Source: the human T2T-CHM13v2.0 reference genome, Homo sapiens. From it: a stretch of DNA of 64,000 bases. The notes under the pieces are model-generated. The model worked only from the letters and a program-made list of their open reading frames with translations. It made no database searches and was not told the DNA's origin. Numbering within the stretch: the stretch's first letter is position 1; the number at the start of each line of letters is the position of its first letter. Of this stretch, positions 16,930 to 30,258 are shown piece by piece. The position numbers and the translations under genes were made by a program. The stretch lies in the NCBI RefSeq assembly GCF_009914755.1, contig NC_060926.1. One strand, written 5' to 3'.

Positions 16930-18450
16930 TGAATCTTTACCTAAACCTTATACCATGTACAAAAATTAAGTCCAAATAGATCATAGGCTAAGATGTATAA
17001 TAGAAATTATAAAGCTTTTAGAAAAAAATAAAAGAAAATATTCCAGATTTAGAACTAGAAAAGGAGTTCTTAGATTTGACAACAAAAACATGACCAATAA
17101 AAGAGAAAAAAGGGTAAATTTTTGCCTTGCAAAAGAGCATGTTTGAGACACATTATGGAATGGAAGAAATATTTGCAAATTACATATCTAACAGACAAAT
17201 TATGTTGTAACAACTCTCAAAACTCAACATGAAAAAAACAACAATCCAATTTTAAAAGTGGGCAAAAAAAACAGTTCACTGAAGAGGATACACAGATGAC
17301 AAATAAGCTCATGAAAATATGTTCAACATCATTAGTCATCAGGGAAATGCACGTTAAAACCACAAAGATATATAAATGTAGTGGTATAGGCAAAGTAGGT
17401 GGCCATGTATATAATGTGCTCTAGCGTGATGACCATATACTGTATTGAGGAAACTGGCAACTTTAAGAGTGGAAGAAGCACTATTAATAATTTTGATGAA
17501 ACAACAAGCTTCATCTGAGACTATTGCAGACAAGCCCATTAGAATAAATAAAATAAACAATAGCAATTTGAACAAATATCAAATGCTGATGAGAATGTGG
17601 AGAAACAGTTACCAGAAAGGGGTCCCAATCCAGACCCCAAGAGAGGGTTCTTGGATTTCATACAAGAAAGAATTTGAGGCAAATCCATAAAGTAAAGTCA
17701 AAGCAAGTTTATTAAGAAAGTAAAGGAATAAAGAACGTCTACTCCATAGGCAGAGCAGCGGCGTGGGCTGATCAACTAATAATACTAATAGTTATTTCTT
17801 AATTATATGCTAAAAAAGGGGTGGATTATTCATGAGTTTTCAGGGAAAGGGGTGGGCAATTCCTGAACCTGAGGGTTCCTCCCCTTTTTAGACCATATAG
17901 GGTAACTTCCTGACATTGCCATAGCATCTGTAAATGGTCATGGCGCTGGTGGGAGTGTCTTTCAGCATGCTAATGCATTACGGTGCGCGTATAATGAGCA
18001 GTAAGGACCACCAGAGGTCACTTCCATCACCATCTTGGTTTTGGTGGGTTCTGGCCAGCTTCTTCATGCATGCTTTTTTCTCAGCAAGGTCTTTGTGACC
18101 TGTATCTTGTGCCAACCTCCTATCTCATCCTATGACTTAGAATGCCTAACCTCCTGGGAATGCAGCCCAGTAGGGCTTATCCTTATTTTACCCAGCCCCT
18201 ATTCAAGATGGAGTCACGCTGGTTCAGATACCTCTGACATAACTGGATCACTCATGCATTGCTACTGGGAATGTAAAACACTACAGCCACTCTGGAAAAT
18301 AGTTTGCCAGTTTCCTTTAGAACTAAAAATAGATTTATCATACAGCCCAACAATTGCACTCTTAGGCATTTATCCTAGAGAATTAAAAACTGATTTTTAC
18401 AAAGAGAATTGTTAAACCTGGTGCCACCAACACAATGGAATATTAACTGG
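16930..18450 (+). mobile_element. Old L1M ORF2 3' region, interrupted at ~17371-17535 and 17607-18239
   Basis: taccatgtacaaaaattaa...ttagtcatcagggaaatgc...tgtggagaaac | tggatcactcatgcattgct...ggcatttatcctagagaa. Confidence 0.8.
17607..18239 (-). mobile_element. MER41B-like ERV1 solo LTR
   Basis: Reverse complement starts tgtcagagg...ctccatcttgaataggggctgggtaaaataagg and ends ccctctcttggggtctggattgggacccctttctggtaac; 4-bp TSD-like aaac/taac. Confidence 0.9.
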
Positions 18451-19869
18451 TCATTAAAATTGATAATTATGATGTTTGTTTAGAAATAGATTTTAAGTGA
18501 TCCTGAAATAATATTAACTTTAAAATGCAGAAATCAGAACTACACACTAGAATAAAGACTTGCAAAGAATAAGCACAAAGAAAGCAGCTATTGTCAGGGT
18601 GGTGCAATTGATTAGCGTATTTGTTTCTATTCTTTTTTTCAGAAGCTTCTTTGCTGTTATGTTTATATCCTCCATTTTAAAAATATGAAACCAAAACTGG
18701 AAAATCATTAACACAAAACAACAATTTACAAAGAGACTCTGCCTGGGAAGGAGGGGCTTGGAGGGCCCCCTGCTGCTCTAGTCTTCCCCATGGAGAGCAT
18801 TCACCAGAATGATCTTTATCAGATTAGCTGGGGTGGTGCCAAGAGTCCGAAGGTTAGGACCAAAGAGAGAGGTATCAAGGGAGGCAGAAGAAAGCCAGAA
18901 GCAACACAACAACTGCCTCCACTGCATGATTAATTGAGGAGATAAAGAAAGAGATTTTTAAGCAAAAGGTCTGAAAAGATGAGTAGGAAGAGAAACAGGT
19001 TTCAACCAGGAAGGACAAAGTTAATCAGAGTGTTATCAGTCAGAACCTTAAGGCAGATGCTGGGTAGGAAAGAAATCTGGAGCCCAGGTAGTAGACAGGA
19101 CGAATGCAGCTCCAGGAAGAACACAAGGAAAGGGTAGAGAGGGACACCTTAGTGGGACAGGATGAGTACATCGACAAGTAATTTCCATTTTCAGCATTCC
19201 AGGATAATCATAGCAAATCTTATGTTCAAATTTCTAACAACATAAATAATTAGAAGAGATAATAATATCCTTTGTTAACACAATTTCATTATTCTTTTAG
19301 TTATTTTGATTTCCATGTGCAGCCCGTAAACCTGCAGGGGATCTTTTTAAAACCAAGCTATTAATTACTCCTTCCAAATGAGGGAAGGAATGAAAGCACA
19401 AATTCAGAAACAAAGAGCACCATTCCGATGAGATGATCTGTCCAAACACACCACAGGCCACTATTTTGACTATGCCCACATTAACACCCCACATTTACTT
19501 GCTGAATGGTGGAGTAGCTTGATCTTTAGGTGACCTAATAAAGAACTGGGTCTCTGTTGCTCATTGCAAAGTTAATCTCTCTGAATTTCAGTTTCTTCAA
19601 ATGGAAATCATGAGGACTACGTGAGGCTGAAACACACACACATGCTAACATATGCAGTATCCCGTGCATATTCGGCACTCAGTAAATGTTAATCTCTCAG
19701 TCCTTTGCTTTCCTTAGTCTCTTCCTTCCTTGTTTCCATCCCTAATTATAGCAGAACCTGGCCACTTCCCTCTGCACTCACCATAAACACTAACAGCTTT
19801 GTATTGCATGCATTTGTAACCCTATCTGTGGTGTTTTTTTGTTTTGTTTTGTTTTTTGTTTTTTTCTTT

Positions 19870-20217
19870 TTTTGCACTCTGCAGACACAGGCTAGGTCAG
19901 AGGGGCCAGGGTTGACACTCTGAGAACAACCCTTAGTCAATACAAGCAAGAATTGGAGGATAAACACTTTCAGTTACCTGACTGCTCAAAGGGCTCATGT
20001 CCAAGGCATATTTTATATCGTCTCCAAGATGTCCCCAGCAGAAATGAGCCCCAAATGCCCATATCAACTTAATCATTAACATCCTGTATTGTTTTTTCCC
20101 TTCTCTGCCTCAAGTCCCCATTCTTCTCTTGGTTCTTCCTGGCATCACCTCCCAAATACACTACTCCTCACCAAATCCTGACCGGAGTCAGCTTTTGGTG
20201 AGACTCAACTCAAGACA
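19870..20217 (+). mobile_element. LTR16-family (ERVL) LTR fragment
   Basis: 3' end cacctcccaaatacactact...aaatcctg...aactcaagaca. Confidence 0.65.
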
Positions 20218-20429
20218 CTGAGCAACCCAACCAAGTGGTCCCTCCTGCTCCTGAATGGATAAGATATGCCCAAGATTTCACTTGAGATTGGACTGAGTAG
20301 AGCTCATTCCCTGGCCCCGGTATTTCAATAGCCCTTTGAAATGCAGCTTCAGCTCTCACTACTCTTCATAAACTCTTTTCTCAGACGTTTCCAACACTCT
20401 CGTAATTGCAAATTCACAGTCCTTTGATC

Positions 20430-21270
20430 CTTGTCATCCCTGCAGAACTCAACACTGATGTCAACCTTTACTTGAAACTCTTCTCCCTTGTTTGTTCTGA
20501 AATTCATTCCCTAGTTTTTCTCTGCCTTTTGTCTTCTCTGGATTTCCTTTAAATGCCTGTTCTTTACATGTAGGCTTTCACAAGACTCTCTAACTAGAAT
20601 TTGCTTCTGACTTTGTATTCTCCTCCTTGACATTCTCATCCACTTTGATATCTCAAAATATCTTCTTTCTGCTTTTGGCACCTAAACCCACATCTTTAAC
20701 TCTATCTTCTGTCCTTTTGATCAAACTTCTTCTCAGCTATGGAATGATTTAATGCTGGTTGAGTTACTAGTGCCAGTGAATGAACACTGCTCAGACCAAT
20801 ATCAAGTGAAATCTTGCATGTATCTTATCCACTCAAGAGCAAGATAGAGCTATTGATTGGGTTACTCAGTGTTTTGGGTTGAGTTTCACCAAGAGCCAAC
20901 TGGAGCAAGAATTTGAGGAGAAGTGTGTTATTTGGCAAAGTCCTGGTAAGCATATCTACATAAAAATTCTCCCATCACCTCAAACCCAAGTGTTCCAAAC
21001 TGAAGTCTTTATCCGCCTCCCCCCGACAAGCCTGTCCCTTGTCCTGTGATTCTTGCCTCAGTTAAATTGCCTCTACCTCCCAGTGATGCTTCATGTTGAA
21101 GTCCTCTCTTTCATTCACGTCCTTTTCCCAAGGAGTTTCTCTCATATATGTTGCCTCCTTTCAGGTGTCTTTAGTTCAGAGTTTCATGATCTCTCATCAA
21201 GAATAACGCAGTTGCTTACTAACAGCATTGACTTAGCAACTCACCATTCACCATCCATTGCATGTATATA
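20430..21270 (+). mobile_element. L2 fragment, interrupted at ~20745-20952
   Basis: cacctcaaacccaagtgttccaaactgaagtc and other pyrimidine-rich L2-like motifs. Confidence 0.6.
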
Positions 21271-21549
21271 ATCACATAGCAAAATTCCCATGTGCTGGGT
21301 ATTATCATTAGCCCCATTTTAGAAGTGGAGATATTGAACCTCAAAGAGGTTAAGAAGCTTCTTCAACATCACCCCAGCCAGTACTCAGTGTACTGACTAG
21401 AAAATCAGCTAGAAAAATCTTGAAGAATTTCCACTATGCTAGATGACTCATTGGAGTGGATTGTAAAGTCCTTCCTGCATTTTATGCATCAGAGGAGAAT
21501 ACACTTTCTACTGCTACAGTAAACATAGTCTTTGAGAGGGTAGAATATT

Positions 21550-21810
21550 AGCTGGAGCGTGGACTCTGGGCATGGACTCTGGATTCACTCTGGCCTGGGT
21601 TTAGATCTCAGTCTTGCCATTTACAAGCTCCATGGGCAAATTAGTAACTTTTCTAAGCCTTCATTTTTCCCATTAATAAAATGGAACTAGTCAAATCTAC
21701 TTCAGATAACTGTAGTGAGAATTAAATGAAATACTGGAAGAAAAGCATCTAGTATATGCCTGGCATGTTACAGGTGCTCTGTAAATAGTAATGATCATAA
21801 TAATAATTCT
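21550..21810 (+). mobile_element. MIR
   Basis: ggactctgg...cctgggtttagatctcagtcttgccatttac...gagattaaatga...gcctggcatgt. Confidence 0.75.
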
Positions 21811-23675
21811 ATAAAGTTTTTTTAAACCAAGGAAGAAAACAGAAGGGAGTATAAGGGATGACGTAACGATGTAAAAAAGTAGTTTCTTTTTGAACAAAAT
21901 TTTAGAACAAATAAAACAGGCAAAATCTCAAATCTGAACACTCACTTAGCAATGCCAAACTAAGGAGTCATTTTCATAAAGGTAGAATGTACTAAAGCAA
22001 TACTTTATTTGGCCACACCATCTATTTACAAATCTTCACCACTGTCTCTGAAAATGAAGAAATATAGCCCTCATTTGGTTTGGATTCTACCTGTCTTCGC
22101 AATTTTCGCAAAGGTTCTCCATCCTTCCCCTTACAAAAAGCTATTTCAGGTCAATCCAAAAAAGTAGTGACAGATCAGGACAGTGACAGATCACTAATGC
22201 CTTGAGGCTGGTCTCAGCGCTTACAGGCATGAGTGGGAAAGGCATTAGACTTCATGGTTCTGTCATAGAGGAGCCACGCTCACATGACAATCTTTGGTGG
22301 AGTCTATGGTCATATCTTTGTGTCAACCAAATCCACATTCCAGAGCCCATCAGTGATCAATCCACTGTCTGGGTAGTGTGTTGGTATAAGAATAGGCATT
22401 CAAACTGGAAAAATGTTGACACAGTAATTTTCTCTATGTGGTTTAAAGAAAAAGTGAGCAGAGATATTATAAAGATGTGAGATTCCAGTGAGACAGAAAA
22501 GTATGGCTAGAACCTCAGTGAGAAGAGGTGCTGATCTCAGGAGACAATGACTGAGGCCAGCGTTCTGCTCAGCCAGGGTGGGGACAGTGAGTAGGTTTTA
22601 CTGAAAATGACTGACTTGAACATTTTCTCATGGTGGAAAAGGGATTCTGGGTTATACAAAGGTTTGGAGTGTAAATCCATTACACATCTGCAATGCTCCC
22701 CACCTCAAAAAAAAAAAAAAATATCTAAAGTTAAGTAAGAAGTTTGATCTAAAATGGGCTGGCTATGTTTTGGCAAGTCCAGGAAAATGAGAATGCTTCC
22801 ATTGGAACTATTTCATTCTCCATTGCAAAACCTAGGCCTCTTTCTTTAGAAGTCCAGTGAACTATCCCTACAAGTTCAAACAGTGTCTGCCCCGGGGTGA
22901 AAGGTAGGGAGGACCATGACATAGTAAAATCTAGAGACAGGGAGAAGCCTAGAAATGTGGTGGCACTAACAAAGCACTTTCATCTTCAAAGCTCTTTATA
23001 AGTGTTAATTAATTCATCCTTCCCACACCCATATAAGGCAGCAAGAAGAGATCAAAGAGCTCTGCACAGAATTTGGCAGGATCAGCACAGGGAAGCATGT
23101 AGCCCACACATTGAAAATAAGGGAGTAAGTAAGCACTTAGTAAGAGCTCTTCTCCCAAGCCCCACCTCCTCACCACCACCTCCAACCCAAAAAAAAGTCA
23201 CATTGAGGAGATATTCTGGAAGAGAGAGATAATGTAGTATTAGGAAAGACACATTTAGTGACCCCATGTCCCCTTCTAAAAATATAATTAGAGAAGAAGA
23301 TAAATAAGCTTTAATCCAAATAATCCTCGTTGTTCCTGAGTTCATTAAAACCAAATCTGTTAGAAAAAAAAAAATCCACTACACCAGAAATCACTAGATG
23401 ATCAAGGAGAAAACGGTTCTGCAGAAGAACAGAATCCAGACCATGGGGGCCAAACATACATAGGTTAATAAATCTGGTTATTTCATCATTCTGCTTTTAT
23501 TTGTTTATTTGCTTACAAATGTGTGAAAATAGATCTGATTATTTCCAGTAGATTTAGAAACTGATCTAGAAAACATAATTCTTTTGTTTCAGTGGAACTT
23601 AACAGAACATTCAAATCTTTTTTAAGAACTCTTTTAAAATATTCTAAAATTTCGAAGTAAGATACCAAGTATTTT

Positions 23676-26600
23676 TTTTCAACTGTTAGTTTAAGTTCAG
23701 GGGTACATGTGCCAGATGTGCAGTTTCGTTACATGGGTAGACATGTGCCACGTTGGTTTGCTGCGCAGATCATCCCATCTCCTAGATGTTAAGCCCAGCA
23801 TCCAATAGCTATTCTTCCTGATGCTCTCCCTCCCACAACACTCACCTCCAACAGACCTCAGTGTGTGTTCTTCCCCCCATGTGTCCATGTGTTCTCGTCA
23901 TTCAGCTCCCACTTATAAGTGAGAACATGAGGTGTTTGGTTTTCTGTTCCTGCATTAGTTTGCTGAGGATAGTGGCTTCCAACTCTATACATGTCCCTAC
24001 AAAGGACGTGACCTCATTTCTTTTTATGGCTACATAGTAATTTCCATGGTTTATATGTACCACATTTTCTTTATCCAGTCTATCACTGATGGGCATTTAG
24101 GTTGATTCCATGCTTTGCTATTGTGAACAGTGCTTCAGTGAACTTACACAAGCATGTATCTTTATAACAGAATGATTTATATTCCTTTGGGTATATATCC
24201 AGTAATGGGATTGCTGGGTCAAATGGTATTTCTGCCTCTAGGTCTTTGAGGAATCACCACACTATCTTCCACAATGGTTAAACTAACTTACACCCCTACC
24301 AACAGTGCAAAAGCATTCTTTTTTCTCCGCAACCCTGCTAACATCTGTTGTTTTTTTACTTTTTAGTAACAGCCATTCTGACAAGTATGAGATGGTATCT
24401 CATTGTAGTTTTGATTTGTATTTCTCTAATTATCAGTGATGTTGAGCTTTTTTCATATGTTTGTTGGCGTGAATGTCTTCTTTTGAGCAGTGTCTGTCCA
24501 TGCCCTTTGCCCACTTTTTAATGGGGTTGTGTGTGGTTTTGTTTTGCTTTGTTTTTTATAAATTTATTTAAGTTCCTTGTAGACTCTGGATATTAGACCT
24601 TTGTCAGATGGATAGATTGCAGAAATTTTCTCCCATTATGTAAGTTGTCTGTTCAGTCTGATGATAGTTTCTTTTGCTGTGCAGAAGCTCTTTAGTTTAA
24701 TTAGATCCAATTTGTCAATTTTTGCTTTTGTTGCAATTACTTTTGGCATTTTCCTCATCAAATCTTTGCCCATGCCTATGTCCTGAATGGTATTGCCTAG
24801 ATTTTCTTCTAATTTTGGGTTTTAGATTTAAGTCTTTAATCCATCTAGAGTTAATTTTTGTATATGGTATAAGGAAGGGGTTCAGTTTCAATTTTCTGTA
24901 TATGGCTAGCCAGTTCACACAGCAACATTTATTAAATAGAGGATCCTTTCCCCATTGCTTGTTTTTGTCAACGTTATAAAAAATCAGTTGACTGTAGGTG
25001 TGTGGTCTTATTTCTGACTGCTCTATTCTGTTCCATTGGTCTATGTGTCTGTTCTTGTACCAGTACCATGCTGTTTTGATTACTATAGCCTTGTAGTATA
25101 GTTTGAAGTCAGTTAGCATGATGCCTCCAGCTTTATTCTTTTTGCTTAGGATTGTCTTGGCTATTTTGGCTCTTTTTTGGTTCCATATGAATTTTAAAAT
25201 AACTTTTTCTAATTCTGTGAAGAATGTTAATGTTAGTTTAATGGAAATAGCATTGAATCTATAAAGTACTTTGGGCAGTATGGCCATTTTCACGGTATCA
25301 ATTCTTCCTATCCATGAGTGTGGAATGTTTTTCCATTTGTTTGGGTCCTCTCTGATTTCTTTGAGCAGTGATTTGTAGTTCTCCTTGAAGAGGTCCTTCA
25401 CTTCCCTTGTTAGCTGTATTCCTAGATATTTTATTCTATCCGTAGCATTGTGAATGGGAGTTCATTCATGATTTGGCTCTCTGTTTGCCTGTTATTGGTG
25501 TATTGGAATGCTAGCAATTTTTGCACATTGATTTTGTATCCTGAGACTTTGCTAAAGTTGCTTACCAGCTTAAGAAGCTTTTGGGCTGAGACAATGGGAT
25601 TCTAGATATAGGATCATGTCACCTGCAAACAAAGATAATTTGACTTCCTTTCTTTCTATTTGAACACAATTTATTTCTTTCTCTTGCCTGATTGCTCTGG
25701 CCAGAACTTCCAATACTATGCTGAATAGGAGTGGTGACGGGGGCATTCTTGTCTTGTGGCAGTTTTCAAGGGGAATGTTTTCAGCTTTTGCCCATTCGGT
25801 ATGATCTTGGCTGTGGGTTTGTCATATATGGCTCTTTATTGTTTTGAGGTATGAGCCTTTAATACCTAGTTTATTGACAGTTTTTAACATGAAGGGATGT
25901 TAGATTTTATCAAAGGACTTTTCTGCATAAATGGAGATAATCGTGTGGCTTTTGTCTTTAGTTCTGTTTGTGTGATGAATCACATTTATTGACTTGTGTA
26001 CGTTGAACCAACCTTGCATCCTGGGAATGAAGCCAACTTGATCGTGGTGGATAAGATTTTTGATGTGCTGCTGGATTTGGTTTGCTATTATTTTATTGAG
26101 GATTTTTGCATCAATGTTCATCAAAGATATTGGCCTGAAGTTGTCTTTTTTTGTTGTATCTCTGCCAGGTTTTGGTATCAGGATGATGCTGGCCTCATAG
26201 AATGAGTTAAGGAGGAGTCTCTCCTTTTAAATTGTTTGGAATAGTTTTAGCAGAAATAGTACCCACTCTTCTCTGTATCTCTAGTGGAATTCTGCTATGA
26301 ATCCATCTAGTTCTGGGCTTTTTTTTTTTTTTTTTTTTTTGGTTGGTAGGCTATTTATTACTGCCTCAATTTCAGAACTTATTATTGGTCTATTCAGGGA
26401 TTCAGTTTCTTCCTGGTTCAGTCTTGTGAGGGTGTATGTGCCCAGGAATTTATCCGTTTCTTCTAGATGTTCTAGTTTACATCCATAGAGGTGTTTTTGG
26501 TGTTCTCTCATGGTTGCCTGTATTTCTGTGGAGTCAGTGGTGATATCCCCCTTATCATTTTTTATTGTATTTATTTAATTCTTCTCTCTTTTCTTCTTTA

Positions 26601-29600
26601 TTAGTCTATCTAGCAGTCTATCTGTTTTATTAACTTTTCCAAAAAACAAGTTCATGGATTCATTGATTTTTTGAAGGGTTTTTAGTGTATCTCCTTCAGT
26701 TCAGCTGTGATCTTGGTTATTTTTTGCCTTCTGCTAGCTTTGGAGTTTGTTTGCTCTTGGTTCTCTAGCTCTTTTAGTTAAGTTGTTAGGTTGTTAACTT
26801 GAAATCTTTCTAGTTCTTTGATGTGAGCATTTTAGTGCTATAAATTTCCCTCTTAACACTGCTTTAGCTGCATCCCAGAGATTCTGGTATGTTGTCTCTT
26901 TGTTCTCATTAGTTTCAAAGAACTTGATTTCTGAATTAATTTCATTATTTACCCAAGAGTCATTCAGGAGAAGGTTGTTCAATTTCCATGTAGTTATGTG
27001 GTTTTGAATGAATTTTTTATTCTTGAGTTCTTATTTGATTCCACTGTGGTCTGAGAGACTGTTTGTTATGATTTCTGTTCTTTTGCATTTCCTGAGGAGT
27101 GTTTCACTTCCAATTATGTGATCAATTTTAGAGTAAGTGCCATGTGGCAATGAGAATAATGAATATTCTGTTGTTATTGGGTGAAGAGTTCTGTAGATAT
27201 CTCTGAGGTCCACTTGATCCAGAGCTGAGTTCAGGTCCTCAATATCTTTGTTAATTTTCTGTCTTGATGATCTAATATTGACAGTGGGGTGTTAAAGTCT
27301 CCCACTATTATTGTGTGGGAGTCTACATCTCTTTGTAGGTCTCTAAAAACTTGCCTTATGAATCGGGATGCTCATGTATTGGGTGCATCTACATTTAGGA
27401 TAGTTAGCTCTTCTTGTTGAATTGAACCCTTTACAATTATGTAATGTTCTTCTTTGTCTTTTTTTATCTTTGTTGGTTTAAAGTCTGTTTTGTCAGAAAT
27501 TAGGATTGCAATCCCTGCTTTTTTCTGCTTCCATTTGTTTGGTAAATTCTCCTCCATCCCTTTATATTGAGCCTATATCTGTCTTTGCACATGAGATGGG
27601 TCCCCTGAAGACAGCGTACTGATGGGTCTTGACTCTGTCCAGCCTGCCATTCTGTGTCTTTTAATTGGGGCACTTAGCCCATTTACATTTAAGGTTAGTA
27701 TTGTTATGTGTGAATTTGATCCTGTCATCATGATGCTAGCTGGTTACTTTGCAGACTTGTTTATGTGGTTGCTTCATATTGTCACTGCTCTGTAGTTCCA
27801 TGTGTTTTTATAGTGGCTGGTAATGGTTTTTCCTTTCCATATTTAGTGCTTCCTTTAGGAGCTCTTTCAAGGCAGGACTGGTGGTGAAGAATTTTCTCAG
27901 TATTTGCTTGTCTGAAAAAGATCTTATTTCTCCTTCACTTATGAAGCTTAGTTTGGCCAGATATGAAATTCTTGGTCAGAAATTCTTTTCTTTAAGAATG
28001 TCGAATATTAACCCCTAATCTCTTCTGGATTTTAGGATTTCCACTGAGAGGTTCACTGTTAGTTTGATGGGCTTCCCTTTGTAGGAAATCTGGCCTTTTG
28101 GGCTTCCCTTAACATTTGTTCTTTCAAACTTGGAGAATCTTATGATTATGTGTCCTGGGGTTGATCTTCTCATGGAGTATCTTACTGAGGTTCTCTGCAT
28201 TTCCTGAATCTGAATGTTGGCCTGTCTTGCTAGGTTGGTGAAGTTCTCCTGGATGATATTATGAAGTATGTTTTCCAACTTGGCTCCATTCTTCCCATCT
28301 CTTTCAGGTACCCCAATCAGTCATAGGTTCAATCTCTTTACATAATCCCATATTTCTCAGGGGCTTTGTTCATTCCTTTTCATTTTTTTTTCTCTGTTCT
28401 TGTCTGTGTGTCTTATTTCAGCAAGACAGTCTTCAAACTCTGAGATTATTTCCTCTGCTTGATCTTTTCTGCTATTGATACTTGTGATTGCATTGTGAAG
28501 TTCTCCTGTTGTGTTTTTCACCTCCATGATGTCAGTTATGTTCTTTTCTAAACTTGCTATTCTGGCTATCAGCTCCTGTATTGTTTTATCATGATCCTTA
28601 GCTTCTTTGCATTGGGTTACAACATGCTCCTTTAGCTCAGCAAAGTTTGTTATTACCCACTTTCTAAAGCCTACTTATGTCAATTCAGCCATCTCAGCCT
28701 CAGCCAAGTTCTGTGCCCTTGCTGGAGAGGTGTTGTGGTCATCAGGAGAAAAGACCCTCTGGCTTTTAGAGTTTTCAGCATTTTTGAATTGATTCTTTCT
28801 CATCTTTATAGGCTTATCTACCTTCCATCTTTGAGGTTGCTGACCTTTGAAGGGGGTTTTGTGGGGTCATTTTTGTTTGTTTGTTTTTCTTTTAATAGTC
28901 AGACCCCTCTACTGTAGGACTGCTGCAGTTTGTTGGGGGTCCACACCAGACCCTAGTTGCCTTGGTTTTCCCTATACCTGGAAGTAACACCAGTGAAGGC
29001 TGTGAAGCAGCAAAGATGGCAGCCTATTCCTTATTCTGGAAGCTCAGTCCCAGGGAGGGTCACTGACCTGTTGCCAGCCCAAATGTGTCTCTAGGAGGTG
29101 GCTGGAGACCTCTGCTGGGAGATATCACCCAGTTAGGAGGAACAGGATCAGGGATCGGCCCAAGGAAGCAGGCTGGCTGTCCTTTGGTAGAACAGGTACA
29201 CTGCATTGAGTGAAACCCTTCCTCATCTGGACCCTTTGTATTCTCCAAATCTGGCAGGCTGGAATGGCTGAGTTTACCAAACAACAGATAAGGCTCTTTA
29301 TTATTTTGAGGTATGTGTCTTTAATACCTAGTTTATTGAGAGTTTTTGACATGAAGGGATGTTAGATTTTATCAAACCACAGAAATGGTGGCTGCCTCTC
29401 CCCCCGGGAGCTTCATCCCAGGGAGAGATGAGAGCTTTGTCTTTAGAATAAGCCCCGACAGGGAGGTCTTGCCCAGTGAGGAGGAATGGATTGTGGTCCT
29501 GCTTAAAGAAGCAGTCTGGCCACGATCTGGCAAGGCAGCTGTGTTGTGTTATGGAGGACCCTTACTTGTCCACCTGTAGTCTTCAAAGCTAGCTGACTGA

Positions 29601-30258
29601 AACGACTGAGTCTACTGAACCACAAGGATGGTGGCCCCCCCTTCCTCCGGGAATTCAGTTCTGACTCAGGCAAACTCCAGCCTGCTGCTGCTGGCCAGCT
29701 GGAATTTCAAGCCAGTGGGTCTCAACCCATGAGGCTTGGAAATTGGGGCTGTAGAATGATGCCACTTGGCTCCCTGGACTCAGCCCCCTTCCTAGGGACA
29801 TACATGGATGGATCTACCTCATTGCCATGGATCCCAGGGCCAGAGTATGCAAACCTCCTGGGTCTCTGTGCATTCCTGAGCAGCCACTCTGCTGAGACTA
29901 CACACAGCTCCATATATCAGACCCAAGACCCAGTGTTGTGGGCTCATGAAAGGATCTCCCAATTCATGGATTCCAAATATCTATGAAAGAAGCATGGCTT
30001 CCCAGGCAGAGTCGCACTATCACTCGCCGATTCCCTTGGTTGGGGGTGGGGGTTCCCTTGGCTCCATGCTGCTCTTTCGTGGGTGTCGCCCCACCCTGCT
30101 TCTCTTCACCCTCCATGGGTCAAGCTGTTTGCCTAGTCAGTCCCAATATAAGAACCGAAATATCTAAGTTGAAGATGCTAAATTCACTTGCTCCTTTCAT
30201 TCATTTCCATGAGCATTGCAGACCACAGCTGCTTACAATTGGTCATCTTAGCTTTCCC
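23676..30258 (-). mobile_element. Full-length decayed L1PA (about L1PA11-15), 6.6 kb: 5' UTR, ORF1, ORF2, 3' UTR
   Basis: Broken ORF1/ORF2 peptides in the track (e.g. [22 protein letters not shown]); TSD agataccaagtatttt (23660-23675) / agaaaccacgtatttt (30259-30274) at a TTTT/AA site. Confidence 0.95.
23905..27600 (-). pseudogene. L1 ORF2 (EN/RT) with many stops and frameshifts
   Basis: Minus-strand fragments 27372-27557, 27031-27213, 26794-26982, 26281-26511, 25900-26124, 24715-25401 and 23902-24096 are colinear ORF2p pieces; bounds approximate. Confidence 0.9.

Noticed and set aside
24715-25401. 228-aa ORF
   Set aside because: A fragment of the decayed L1 ORF2.
29250-29665. Repeated unit in the L1 5' UTR (ggctgagtttaccaaac.. 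vs gactgagtctactgaacc..)
   Set aside because: Probably an intrinsic repeat of older L1PA 5' UTRs rather than a locus-specific event.
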